Below are positions 48,301 to 58,903 of a stretch of DNA of 64,000 nt, in pieces; within the stretch, counting starts at the first letter, position 1, and every line of letters begins with the position of its first letter. Source of the stretch: Monocercomonoides exilis PA203. Its lineage: Eukaryota > Protista > Preaxostyla. The notes beneath the pieces are model-generated. The model did not search any database and was not told where the DNA came from. It worked only from the letters and a program-made list of their open reading frames with translations. The translations under genes were made by a program, and so were the position numbers. Location: the NCBI GenBank assembly GCA_001643675.2, contig LSRY02000004.1:806001-870000 (forward strand), in the 5' to 3' direction.

Positions 48301-48430
48301 TCTGCTCTTCACTGCCCCTCCTGAAAACTAATCTCAACATCAGATTGCAAGGCAAAAGAAGCTGCCCTTTAATCTTAAGCTTTGTCGCAGTTCCTTCATT
48401 TTCTTTCTCCACTGACTCGAGCAACGGAAT
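45321..48430 (-). repeat. Right arm of the 3.1-kb inverted repeat
   Basis: Reverse complement of 37576-40686. Confidence 0.95.
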
Positions 48431-51400
48431 GAAAAATGAAGAAGTACATTCCCCCGCTATTCCTTCCATTTCACAATTCTCGCTCACGATCCATAAGGAT
48501 GAATTTTTCACAGCTCCATCTCCTCCCTTCAGGCTCCTGATGTTCAATATTGCATGGTCTGTGCAAATAATGTTCCGTCGAGCTGATGGATATCCTTTCA
48601 CTGACGGATCATTCCCCGAAAACATGCTCATCACCACCCCAACATTCCCACTTGATACGGACAGTCCTCCAACTTCCGAATTCTTGATTGCTGCATCCTT
48701 CAGTTCCACATGAGAATTCACACAATCAACAAGAGATCCGTTCCATTTGCATAGTTCATCTCCAGCACTCGAGCAAAGTCTGTTTGTGTTCCTCTTATCT
48801 CTCTCAATTTCTCCATCAAAAACACTCGATTCAATAATCACATTTGAACATGAACTTATTGACAAAACTTCTCCCTTTTCATTTTTCGTGTTTGTGCAGC
48901 TTCCAAATGTGCTGTTTCGAATTTGCAGAGGAATGTGTTTCGATTTGAGTCTTATTACACTTCCATCCAATGAAGAACATGTAATATTCTTCATTTCTGC
49001 ACCACTAAGCTCTATCATTCTTTCTCCTTCTTGCTCCAAAGCTTGCTCCCCATCATCATCAACACGAATACACAATCTCTCACAAGTGATATCGCTCATT
49101 CCGATCTTCTCCATCAAGACACTCTCACAACCACTCTGGCACTCGATCAGACAGCTTGATGTCACATGCAACGATTCAAACTTGATATCAAACAACTGGG
49201 CACTCCCTCCACCAAAGCTTAGACAAATAAAGGGAAAGTCACTCAATTGTTCATCTGATTCCATTCCACTGAATCCACATTGGCTCATCAAGAAAAATCC
49301 ATACTCAACTGCGAAAAGCGTTGAATGTTGAGGTGGTTGTGAGGTTTGCACCACAAAAACAAGATACAAAACCGACACAACACCTTCACTTCTCACAACT
49401 GCTTCAATCCCTGGAGCAAAAGCATTCTCCATCACAGCAACAACACCTTTCTTTCCAGGTGCATTAAGAGCTGTCAGCGTCAAATCATGGAGATCCACCT
49501 CACTCATCAACTTCGACTCTTCATCCACAAGCATCCTTGCTTCCACATCTCTCGTCACATGACCCAACCCATACTCAATGGACAAGCATGGATTCGCCAG
49601 ACTTCCACAATTTCGCTCATTCTTTCCGTTCTTTTCCAAGGCACTCGACAACACAATACTGTCAGACTGAAAGATTGCAATGATGCTCATCAAATCAATC
49701 GGCTCGCTCGTGTGCTCCGTTCTGTCTATCCCACAGATTGCATTCAGTTGCACATACACAGACTCCCGCAGATCCATCAGAAACTGTGTCTCGTTTATCT
49801 GCCTGGAGATTCGATGGCACTCAACAAATATATCCCGCCCTGTTTTTGCACTGTTTGCACTGAAGTTCATGTTCACAAAGCAAAAGTCAAGATCCTCTGT
49901 CAGTCTCGTTGCAACATACACACCTCCTCCTCTCCCCTCCATCGAGCACCCGCACCTCACCATCAAGCAATCAACCATTCTCAAAACTCCTCCTTCACTC
50001 AGTTCAAACAAGCACACTCCACCTTTCATCGACTTATTCCCCAGACAACCTTCAAATCTACTGCCATTCACCACCAGCTCTGCTCCTCCGCTCCCTTCAC
50101 TGATCATTCCGCTAGGCTCAACACCATTGCTGGTGATGGATGAAAAAGTGGAATTACGCAAAGACACAACACAACCCTCGTGTGATCCCTTCACAGATTC
50201 CTCCATCGCAAATGTCTCCACAACAGATCCGCTCCTGATGCTCACTGATGTGAAGACAACCTCATTAAGATCACATTCAACACCATCACCGTTCACAAGC
50301 AGAACACTCTCGCAAAAACTCGTCGATTCACAGCTCAGTCGACAAACAACCATTCGACCCTTTTCCATCCTCACCATGTTGATGTTTCTTTCTTGTTCAG
50401 GTATCTCTTTCAAACTGAAAGAACAATCTGTAATATTCAACATTCCATCCTCGTTGATGATCACAGCCTTCTTTTCATTCTGCAAACTTGACTTCGCCAG
50501 CAAGTTGATCATCTCGAACAACAAAGTTTTTCTGTTCTTCACATGCCCTCCACTCCCTGATGAATCGCTCCTTTCAAATTCTAATGTTGCCATTTGATTC
50601 TCATTACCATCCGCATTTGTTATTCCATGAGGTGAAGCAGCTTTTCTGCTGACAAGAGATGCAGAGGCAATGACCATTTCTGAGAGGTCAAATCCATCTG
50701 TGATCTTTGTCTTTTCTGAAATGAATATTGCCTTCTTTTCAGCTCCCACCTCCAGTTGTTGCATCCCTTTCCAAAATGAACAGCATGGGTCCCTTTCGTT
50801 CCCACATCTCCTCACATCAAATCCCTTCTCTCCAACATATATATGCCCCGAGCTGAACGAAACAAGAAAACGGAACAAGTCTGTTGTCTCATTGAACACA
50901 TCCCTCCCCACAAATGCATTTTCATCATCCTTCAACGATTCGAAATCAAAGCGAAAGGCTCTTTCACTCACTGTTCTGTTCAGATCCCTTTCCACAACAA
51001 AAATGTTTTTCCCTCTCCATGCATCATTTCCATCAAACAGCATCTCTTCAAACACAAATGGCGTTTCCTGATTCGCTTTGCTTGAGTCCACAAACAAAAA
51101 CCCTCCTTTGCTTTCCTCCTTCACACACCGGCATCCCACTGCTGTTATGTTTTTCATTTGAAGCCTCGTGACAACTGAGTCGAGAATGACTCTCATTGCT
51201 CCTCCTTCTTCACACTCACTTGAAATCCCTTCCACAGTGCATGAGCTGATGTTTATGTCACACTGCAGCACAAAAGGGGTGTTCACAAACTGAACTGTTC
51301 CCACAGCACACTCTCTCATCTCAACTTTTCCTCTGATCCCGCTGATCAGACACACATCCACCTTCCTGCTTGAACTGCATTCAAACAGGCACTTGCGAAA

Positions 51401-54400
51401 ATTCAGAGCTTCGCTTTCACTCATTGATGAGTATGTGATCAGGATCTCATGACCACTCGAAAATGAATACGGAAGAGCAAACACTAATCCAGCAAAACGT
51501 AATGCGCCTTGCCCAGTTATCACCGTTTTCCCTCTCTCTCCTTTGATTTCAGTTTTGAATTCAAGTCGACTTTTCTCTCCAGAATCATTCGCGGAAGAAC
51601 CTTCTGAACAAATTTCACATCCCGTCAATTCATATTCGTTTTCAACAAATGTTCCATCTGTGATGACAACCCTTTTCAAATCCAAACTCCCCTTCACATT
51701 CTCAAATCCTCTCCAAAAAGACTGACATGGATATGTCTCACTCCCACAGCCAAGAACATCACACCCTTTCTTGCTCACTCGTATTTCTTCTGATACATAC
51801 TGAACCAACAACAGCTTCAGATCCACAATTGTTCCTCCAAAGTTTGTCTCATCGCTTCCTGCAAAATCCACACACACTCTCCCTTCCTCATCAAATAGCA
51901 CTTCTTCAAAGCAAGTGCTCTTCACTGATTCATTCAAATCCACACTTCGAACAAACATATCCCTCCCAGCCCATGCAACGTTCTCAGAAAAACTCACATT
52001 CCCAAAAAAGAAAACTCCATTTCCAGTCATTTCAACAAAAACACTTCCACCCTTTCCATCATCCGTATTCACCAAGCATCCTTTGAGTGTGCTCGATCTT
52101 ATTGTGAAAACTGAGTATTCATTCATTTCACTGTTTATCGTTCCCCCATCTCCTTCCTTTGCCAAACACCCAACAAAATTGCAGTCGTTCTCCACTTGCA
52201 GCTTGCTCCCTTTTGCTATCTGAATCACTCCTCCTTTCTGCGAACTGCTCTGAGTGATGTTGGATGAGTTAAACATCATCTCTCCGCCTTGTCCAATTAC
52301 AATCATCCCTCCACCTTCTCCGCTCACTTCACCGACTGATGTGTTTTCAACACTGGCATAGAACTCTCCTCCCACGCAAACCATCCCGCATCCTCCTTTG
52401 AACAGCATCCCAGGCACATTCACAGACACAAAACCAATCTCTCCTCCTCTTCCATTCACAATCCATTCCCAGCACTGTCTTTTCTCTTCTCCAATCTTCC
52501 CGAATGCACAGCTGGTGATTGATAGTTTCCCACTCTCCACACATACAAACTCTTCAAACTCACTCTTCTCCTCAGGAAGCCAGATCCTCAGGCTGCTCAA
52601 CATCAGATTGTTCGGCTCCAACGATGATGAAAGCAACAAATGCCCTTCTGCTTTCACATTCATCTCACTTTCACTGTTCTTCCCTCTTATTGCCAATGGA
52701 TGTTCTCTTCGCTCGACTTCCTTCTCCAGGTCTGCTTTCGTCTTGATTTGCACAATCCACTGGCTCTCATTCATCCGCCCCATCCCATATCCCACATCTC
52801 GACAAAACCCTTCCACACTGAACATCCCACAGTTTGCTTCATTCTTCCCACTTTCATCCACAAACACTATCTCTTCATCCCCAGGGAACAGATACGTCTT
52901 CAGAGATACACCTTCATTGCTCCCTGCTTCTCCATCCCCAACCCAAAAGTTATTCTCTCCAGTACCCTCATCAAACCCTTCCCAAACAATAAGTGTGATC
53001 ATTGTTCGTGGTGAAGGACACACAACATACACATCCCATCCAATTAACCCCACATTCGATGCAAACACATTCCTTCTCACCCAATAATTCACTTCAGTGC
53101 TATCAATGTTAATGAATAACCCACCTCCTTGTCCACTCTGCTCTGAAACAATATTCTCCTTCACAGTATTGTCATCAAACTCCATCCTGCCACTGCCGCT
53201 CAACGATATCATCATTCCCCCGCCTTTCCCGTTTCCAATCAATGCCCCGCAGTTTGTCATGTTGCACCGCCTCATCTTGAATGAGCACCCGTTCCCCACT
53301 TTTCCCTCAATTCCCCCACCATTTCCAATCTGCCGCTTCCAGTCACTCAACGATGTATTGTCCACAATTGTCTCAGCACACTCATCGATAGAAAGCAATG
53401 CACAATTCTGTAGCAACTCTGAACCTGATTCTGAAGAATCATTGATCCACATTGAGCACAGCCTTCCCACCATCAGCCCCTTCTGCCCATTGCAACTCAC
53501 AGAATCAATGGCCATCCCACTGAATCGCCCTCTCGCTTCATTCCCTTCAACCACAAACATCCCACTATTCCCCAATTTCACATCCCTTGCTTCAAAACCC
53601 GCAACATCCAACGTCCCTCCCTCAACTCTCGCAAAATTATACTCAACACTTTTTGTTTCATCACTTCTCCACACACATGAACAGCCAAGCATTTTCATTG
53701 TTTTCTGACAAACAAAGAACAAATTCATTCTTGCAATTGGAACAAATTCAATTGGCACCTCAAAACTCACATCGCTAATCTCAACATCCACAAATGATTC
53801 AACAACATTTGATCCTTCTCCTGTGATGTTCTGCACAAACTTCGTTTGAAGGCTCTTGTCAAGACCTCGCAAAAAAATATTCTTGTTGATGAATGAAAGG
53901 CATTCTTTGAATGCAAATGAAGGATAAATATGGATCTCAGTCACATTTTGACTCGATTTGATCCGGTGGGAAAGAAGAAATCTGACACTCTCACAAGGCA
54001 CATCTCCAAATCCACATCCCGAATGATCAAACCCTTCATCCTCTTTTCCTCCAACATAACCCCCATCCCCAATCTCCCTGAAATAGACCTCAAGAGGAAT
54101 CCAATACTCTGTTTTGGTTGTCGATTCCTCAAATCCCATCAGATCTTCTCTTTCCATTCCTTCCATCCCAAACTTCATTGTGTTGTTGTTCACAACAATG
54201 TCCAACTGCATCGCATCCACAAACATATTCCTCCCTTTCCAGGCGCTGCAAGTCTCAAATGTCAGCTCTGAGAGTGTCAATACGCCACTCCCATCCAACA
54301 GCTCAAGAAACATTCCCCCTCCGAGCCCTCTTCCAACACTCTCCGAGTCTTCAGCCGGAACAGAACAGTTCTTGAATCCAACTTTCTCCATTGTCAGCTC

Positions 54401-57400
54401 AATGCCCGCATCCAACACCACAAGCAATCCGCCTCCTTTTAGGCTCATTCCTGCTTCACATGCTCCACCAATCGTCACATTCCTCATCCTTACAAACGGA
54501 TTCTCCCCACTTTTTCCTCTCAAAGTCAAGCACCCTCCATTCCCATTCCTTTGGATCACATTGCCGAGCACACAATCTTCCATGGAGACTTCCCTTCCAT
54601 TCTCCACATTAAATTCAGAACAGCCATGGAATCCAATTCCATCTTCCAAGCACACACCCTTCATCGTCAGATCCCCACTGCAAACATGAATCACACTGAA
54701 CTCAACAAATGCCCCTTCTTTGTCTCCAAAAAACGCAAATACGCACTCTGTCAACTTCAGATTCTTCTTCGAAATAAGAAAACTGCAATGACTTTCCTTC
54801 ATGGAGAGTGGAAGTGCAAACGAAATGTTTTCAAACCTGATGTTGCTCGCACACTCCACAAGGCCTTCTTGCTCCACATCTCCATTGTCATGAACATCAA
54901 CCTTTATTCCAGGTCTGACCTGAGAGGTCACGCTCATGGCAAACAGGGGAAAGGCAAATTCACCATTTATCGATGATCCAGATTCAAGCATCACAGTCTC
55001 CACGTTGTTTCCTGCTCGTCTTTCAGCACAATAATCAACTGTCAAGCACGGAAACGAAGCAAATCCACAATAATCGTGATCAGTTCCACAGCTCCCACCA
55101 ACAACAAGCTGCGTTCCGACTGAGCACAGAAACACATGAAGCGGAATAACACATGATTCATTCCCATTTTCCATCCCGCTCAGCTGCAGTGCATCTGTTG
55201 GAATCGTTTTGAAATCGAAAAACTCGAATGACGAGCGATTAATCACTTCTCTCAGATGAACTCCTCTCTCACACAAAACAAGCACATCCTTGCCATATCT
55301 CGCATCATTCTTTTCCAATGACCCAAAAGTTACATCCCCTCCAATCTCGAATTTCAACGGAACCTCTTCCACCCTGATCATCATCCCCCCTCCTCTGCCA
55401 TTTGCCCCTTCACCACTTGGTGCTGCACAACCATCAAACGCTGTTGTTCCATTGATGAACAGTTCGTTCTCTCCCTTCACTTCAGCCATCATTCCCCCAC
55501 CACACGAGCTGCTTCCAGCCACACCACACCCACTGAAGTTGCACGAATCAATCGCCATCCTGGTTTTCTTCTTCTCAGCAAATACGCAACCCCCATTTCC
55601 GCTCTCTTTTTTCACTCCCACAATTTTGCATTCACGCAGCACAACTTCACATTCCCCATCAACCCAGATCATCGAGGAAGATGAAAACTCAATCCCAGTT
55701 TCACTGATGAACGATTCCATGAACATCCTTCCCCCTGTCACCCTCACAATGCTGAAGCTCACTTTCTGCTCAGAAGATACATCAATCAAGGATGCTGAGC
55801 AACATTTCATATGAAAGGTTCCTGATGAACACGAAATGAACGATGCTGCAGCTCCCAGATTCGCTGGAAGATAAAATCCTATGTTGGCTAATTCAGTCTG
55901 ATTTTTCACCATTATCATCCCCTCAGATGTTGCTGAATCGACCATTGCCACTTCAACCCTTTCTCCCACAAGCTCGCAGCTCACATTCCACTTGCAGTCT
56001 TCCATCGCAACAACTTCCTTCAAAACAAAGTTCGGATTGAGGATTATGGTGCAATCACTGTTCGGAAACTGAACAGAACTCATGAAGTTCATCGTTGCAC
56101 AAGGATAACCGTCAAACCCACAGTTGTTGAAATCCTTGCAATTCCTTCCCCCAACAGACCCTGGAATTGGAAATGGCTGAATCATATAAATAGACAAGGG
56201 AATTATGAAATCCTCATCACTGCTTTCGCTCCCCATTGCATCATTGTCGTGCTCTCTGTTTGCTTCAATGCAGCTCTTGAAATGTTCCTTTGAAACAATC
56301 CTCTTCAAATCATCCCCAGAAACAAACATGTTGTTCCCCTTCCATGCCTGGTTGTTGGCTCCAAATCCCAAAGCATCAAAAACATAACCTGTTGCTCCAT
56401 CATCCACTCTGAGAAACACACCTCCTCCTTTTCCTTTCAACCCTCCCTCATTTCCCGCAGAGCACATATCAATTGAGCAACCCAATGTTGCTCCTATCTT
56501 CAGTGTTCCTCCACTTCTGACAACAACATTCACACCTCCTCCGTTTCCCTTTTCACTTCTGCATCCCTTCCAACTCGCATTCTCAATGATAACCACTTTT
56601 CCAGAGCCAACAACACCTCTCACTGCTCCTCCATCTCCATTCATGTTGGTGATCTCTGAGATGTCAACTGATGTCAGATTCAGCTCACACGCTTGCCCAA
56701 CTGAGATCAGCGATGCTCCTGACATATCGAAATCACAAAAAACCACATTTTCCATCTTTGTTCTGCCTTCTTTCAAATCACAAGCTGCTTTTTCAAAATA
56801 CGATTCTTCATATCTATCTCCCTTCACAACAGCTTCTCTCACACTCAATGCTCCTGCTGAGGTTATTGTGAAAAGCGATGACAGTCCACACGATGAGAGT
56901 CTCGAATGGACCAAAGTCATTGATGATAACTCCAGGCTTCCACTCGATATTTCAAACAGCCCTCCTCCATCTCTTGTCACTTTCGAATACAATACCGTTC
57001 TTTCTTTGTCTTCTCCACTTATCTCCACACTCTCGCTCCCAATCACAATGCTTTCTTCTGCCTTCTCTCCTCGGTGAACAACCATCGGCAATTTCCCTAA
57101 TCCTCTCCATCTGCTGTCGAAGGTGTATTTCAGCGTCAGACACAAAAACGTTTCGTTTCCGCAATTAGCATCGTCGCTTCCACGCTGAGCAGATGAATGA
57201 AGCTTGGCCATCGGCTTGGGTGAAGGTGGAAAAGGAATCCAATTTTCATGACCTGATGCTCCATTATCAATGAACAAATGTGGTTCAATTGATGTTGAGA
57301 AAGTCTCCACAAATGACTGCTTTGTCAAATTACTCCAGTTTTTAATTCCATAAACATCACTTGCATGAGTTCCCGTATATGAAGCTTCATTTCCCGAGAA

Positions 57401-58903
57401 AAAGCATGTCACAAATGAAACATTGAAAAATGATGCAGATTCATATGGCTCTGAAAGATAAATGCAACCCATTCTTGATGCATGATTATCCTCAAAAAGA
57501 CAATCACGAAAAGAAATATTCAAGCCATTGTAAGTTATCCTTCCAACTCCAGCTTCAAAATTTTTGCTATTATGCGCAAAGACACATCCAGAATACAATG
57601 CGCCCTTGTAGTTATCACAAAACTGTACAACTCCTTGAGTAGATGGGCTGCTCAAAAACCTGCAATTTAGAACAGAAAAAAAAACACCTGAACGAAGGCA
57701 AGCTGCTCCTCCAACATTTGCCTTGCAATCTGAAAAATTTGTTTCTTCCATTAAAAATTGATTATAATCTCTGGTATACAAAGCACCACCATGCGGATCA
57801 AATGCTCTTGTGCAATTGCATTTATCAAATATGCAAACTCTTATTGTCAAAGCAGCACTGCTGAATATTGCGCCTCCTCTTTCTTCGCTTTGAGAGCAAA
57901 AACTGCATCTTATAAAGCTGTGATTGCCAGTTGACAGCTCTTGTCTCGTATTGAAAGTCGAGTTTATCGATGTTGCTGAAAGAAGCCTCTTTTTCCCAAA
58001 AAGAGCATTGTTGTGATCCAGCGCGTTCAATTTGAAGATACATGATTCGGTTCTCACAATTGAGTCTTGAGCAGTATTTCCATTTCCAAATTCTTTCAAG
58101 TCTTTCCAAATTGATGATGGCTTCTGAAAGAATCGATTCAAAGAATAAGTTGAAGAAGAAGAAGAAAGAGAAGAAGAAGAATTCCAAGAAGATGGAATTT
58201 TGCTTTTCTGCAGTTGAGTGATGTTGATGAATGAACAGCCCTGAAGATGCGCACAATTGCTTCCTTTTCCAATGAGAACAAACGAATCCTTTGCAACGCT
58301 CAGCGAACAAATCGAACTCTGCTCAATCAAAAAATGTGTGCCTCTCCCTTCACACAACGGACTTGTTACGTGTGCAGGGCTTTGTGAATCGCTTATTGAT
58401 ATGTTGAAAACACTTACATTCGCTGTGGAAGTCTTCGCCAAAGAAGAAAAATCGCAGCTGCTTCTCACTTTGCAGCTCTCCAAAACAAGTGCTCCATTTT
58501 CATCTATTTCTAGGACATGTGCTCTATTCCAACTTCCAAGAAGAGATATTCTCTCAAAAGTCGCAGATCCATTGGAGAGAAAACAAAAACATCTGAGCTC
58601 AGTCAAATCTGTCTCATCCTCGCCATGATTGTTAACCATCTTTGACAATTCTGAAACTTTATCTTCCACTTTGTTTTCTTTTGTATCTTTTCTGTTTTCC
58701 TCAATGTGTCCCTCTGACTGGAAAATTTCATGACTTTCAGTCTGTCTGTTTCGGACTCTCTCTAAATCGATTGCTCGCAGATTTTCACAAAGATTCGCAG
58801 CCGCAGCGCAAAACACCAGTAGCATCCAATTAATGTGGCAACGCTTTTCTCTGGTTTGGCAAACAAACTGATAAGTGTCTTTTTTCATGATCCCCAAATC
58901 CAT
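46745..58903 (-). CDS. Giant (~4050-aa) single-pass receptor-like protein: GGA beta-helix region, 8 CG-x4-6-C modules, TM and C-lobe-only TKL-like pseudokinase
   Basis: 12.1-kb intronless ORF, start ATG uncertain (58903 or a nearby downstream Met). Last 561 aa are identical to those of the 31324-39261 protein. Confidence 0.88.
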   Translation of the reverse strand: MDLGIMKKDTYQFVCQTREKRCHINWMLLVFCAAAANLCENLRAIDLERVRNRQTESHEIFQSEGHIEENRKDTKENKVEDKVSELSKMVNNHGEDETDLTELRCFCFLSNGSATFERISLLGSWNRAHVLEIDENGALVLESCKVRSSCDFSSLAKTSTANVSVFNISISDSQSPAHVTSPLCEGRGTHFLIEQSSICSLSVAKDSFVLIGKGSNCAHLQGCSFINITQLQKSKIPSSWNSSSSLSSSSSTYSLNRFFQKPSSIWKDLKEFGNGNTAQDSIVRTESCIFKLNALDHNNALFGKKRLLSATSINSTFNTRQELSTGNHSFIRCSFCSQSEERGGAIFSSAALTIRVCIFDKCNCTRAFDPHGGALYTRDYNQFLMEETNFSDCKANVGGAACLRSGVFFSVLNCRFLSSPSTQGVVQFCDNYKGALYSGCVFAHNSKNFEAGVGRITYNGLNISFRDCLFEDNHASRMGCIYLSEPYESASFFNVSFVTCFFSGNEASYTGTHASDVYGIKNWSNLTKQSFVETFSTSIEPHLFIDNGASGHENWIPFPPSPKPMAKLHSSAQRGSDDANCGNETFLCLTLKYTFDSRWRGLGKLPMVVHRGEKAEESIVIGSESVEISGEDKERTVLYSKVTRDGGGLFEISSGSLELSSMTLVHSRLSSCGLSSLFTITSAGALSVREAVVKGDRYEESYFEKAACDLKEGRTKMENVVFCDFDMSGASLISVGQACELNLTSVDISEITNMNGDGGAVRGVVGSGKVVIIENASWKGCRSEKGNGGGVNVVVRSGGTLKIGATLGCSIDMCSAGNEGGLKGKGGGVFLRVDDGATGYVFDALGFGANNQAWKGNNMFVSGDDLKRIVSKEHFKSCIEANREHDNDAMGSESSDEDFIIPLSIYMIQPFPIPGSVGGRNCKDFNNCGFDGYPCATMNFMSSVQFPNSDCTIILNPNFVLKEVVAMEDCKWNVSCELVGERVEVAMVDSATSEGMIMVKNQTELANIGFYLPANLGAAASFISCSSGTFHMKCCSASLIDVSSEQKVSFSIVRVTGGRMFMESFISETGIEFSSSSMIWVDGECEVVLRECKIVGVKKESGNGGCVFAEKKKTRMAIDSCNFSGCGVAGSSSCGGGMMAEVKGENELFINGTTAFDGCAAPSGEGANGRGGGMMIRVEEVPLKFEIGGDVTFGSLEKNDARYGKDVLVLCERGVHLREVINRSSFEFFDFKTIPTDALQLSGMENGNESCVIPLHVFLCSVGTQLVVGGSCGTDHDYCGFASFPCLTVDYCAERRAGNNVETVMLESGSSINGEFAFPLFAMSVTSQVRPGIKVDVHDNGDVEQEGLVECASNIRFENISFALPLSMKESHCSFLISKKNLKLTECVFAFFGDKEGAFVEFSVIHVCSGDLTMKGVCLEDGIGFHGCSEFNVENGREVSMEDCVLGNVIQRNGNGGCLTLRGKSGENPFVRMRNVTIGGACEAGMSLKGGGLLVVLDAGIELTMEKVGFKNCSVPAEDSESVGRGLGGGMFLELLDGSGVLTLSELTFETCSAWKGRNMFVDAMQLDIVVNNNTMKFGMEGMEREDLMGFEESTTKTEYWIPLEVYFREIGDGGYVGGKEDEGFDHSGCGFGDVPCESVRFLLSHRIKSSQNVTEIHIYPSFAFKECLSFINKNIFLRGLDKSLQTKFVQNITGEGSNVVESFVDVEISDVSFEVPIEFVPIARMNLFFVCQKTMKMLGCSCVWRSDETKSVEYNFARVEGGTLDVAGFEARDVKLGNSGMFVVEGNEARGRFSGMAIDSVSCNGQKGLMVGRLCSMWINDSSESGSELLQNCALLSIDECAETIVDNTSLSDWKRQIGNGGGIEGKVGNGCSFKMRRCNMTNCGALIGNGKGGGMMISLSGSGRMEFDDNTVKENIVSEQSGQGGGLFINIDSTEVNYWVRRNVFASNVGLIGWDVYVVCPSPRTMITLIVWEGFDEGTGENNFWVGDGEAGSNEGVSLKTYLFPGDEEIVFVDESGKNEANCGMFSVEGFCRDVGYGMGRMNESQWIVQIKTKADLEKEVERREHPLAIRGKNSESEMNVKAEGHLLLSSSLEPNNLMLSSLRIWLPEEKSEFEEFVCVESGKLSITSCAFGKIGEEKRQCWEWIVNGRGGEIGFVSVNVPGMLFKGGCGMVCVGGEFYASVENTSVGEVSGEGGGMIVIGQGGEMMFNSSNITQSSSQKGGVIQIAKGSKLQVENDCNFVGCLAKEGDGGTINSEMNEYSVFTIRSSTLKGCLVNTDDGKGGSVFVEMTGNGVFFFGNVSFSENVAWAGRDMFVRSVDLNESVKSTCFEEVLFDEEGRVCVDFAGSDETNFGGTIVDLKLLLVQYVSEEIRVSKKGCDVLGCGSETYPCQSFWRGFENVKGSLDLKRVVITDGTFVENEYELTGCEICSEGSSANDSGEKSRLEFKTEIKGERGKTVITGQGALRFAGLVFALPYSFSSGHEILITYSSMSESEALNFRKCLFECSSSRKVDVCLISGIRGKVEMRECAVGTVQFVNTPFVLQCDINISSCTVEGISSECEEGGAMRVILDSVVTRLQMKNITAVGCRCVKEESKGGFLFVDSSKANQETPFVFEEMLFDGNDAWRGKNIFVVERDLNRTVSERAFRFDFESLKDDENAFVGRDVFNETTDLFRFLVSFSSGHIYVGEKGFDVRRCGNERDPCCSFWKGMQQLEVGAEKKAIFISEKTKITDGFDLSEMVIASASLVSRKAASPHGITNADGNENQMATLEFERSDSSGSGGHVKNRKTLLFEMINLLAKSSLQNEKKAVIINEDGMLNITDCSFSLKEIPEQERNINMVRMEKGRMVVCRLSCESTSFCESVLLVNGDGVECDLNEVVFTSVSIRSGSVVETFAMEESVKGSHEGCVVSLRNSTFSSITSNGVEPSGMISEGSGGAELVVNGSRFEGCLGNKSMKGGVCLFELSEGGVLRMVDCLMVRCGCSMEGRGGGVYVATRLTEDLDFCFVNMNFSANSAKTGRDIFVECHRISRQINETQFLMDLRESVYVQLNAICGIDRTEHTSEPIDLMSIIAIFQSDSIVLSSALEKNGKNERNCGSLANPCLSIEYGLGHVTRDVEARMLVDEESKLMSEVDLHDLTLTALNAPGKKGVVAVMENAFAPGIEAVVRSEGVVSVLYLVFVVQTSQPPQHSTLFAVEYGFFLMSQCGFSGMESDEQLSDFPFICLSFGGGSAQLFDIKFESLHVTSSCLIECQSGCESVLMEKIGMSDITCERLCIRVDDDGEQALEQEGERMIELSGAEMKNITCSSLDGSVIRLKSKHIPLQIRNSTFGSCTNTKNEKGEVLSISSCSNVIIESSVFDGEIERDKRNTNRLCSSAGDELCKWNGSLVDCVNSHVELKDAAIKNSEVGGLSVSSGNVGVVMSMFSGNDPSVKGYPSARRNIICTDHAILNIRSLKGGDGAVKNSSLWIVSENCEMEGIAGECTSSFFIPLLESVEKENEGTATKLKIKGQLLLPCNLMLRLVFRRGSEEQIEKYDFDTDGFISENEVHSWVSTEKLGNIEDETEVSVSLQYGDPSAPSFSNSFILKNKSETKVNGDGNLSEGGKEGKSNWLLIVIVLIVILFIVFIGFVIVVVRWRKGKEEIRKYKEIVNDNIMKDPKLIEMTTMDMSPEEQWRRAEKEAEKKNDERIKKRVYDTNMQHSESSEHLLSESGSTEYILGRDSDKIPDWALEKVEEEETRKRTPSPSISSTSTTDTDTTFVRSEILCPTTSSMSNLVDAMACSSPHEKLIVDLRDSLFMLLHGRNEKKEMEIGTLQQREYTAAQILFWVANLALHSFDEMDSPLSSLANLSPHIVLFSEHMVICIVMHSDLLSSDDSSDSSSISSSTVVTSASDDDESDSLPSSAFEDEDSFKKECLRWMAPELLMNKKMGATKESVAFSIGMMLWECLTLKIPFGEYEAEVAGQKIVNGERPNMEAVECVSWSELVKCCWAGQPSERKTLGEVKRELIGHFPAGAVMVTMSDAIDLRRENESGSGSGSGRGRSNDGYRS

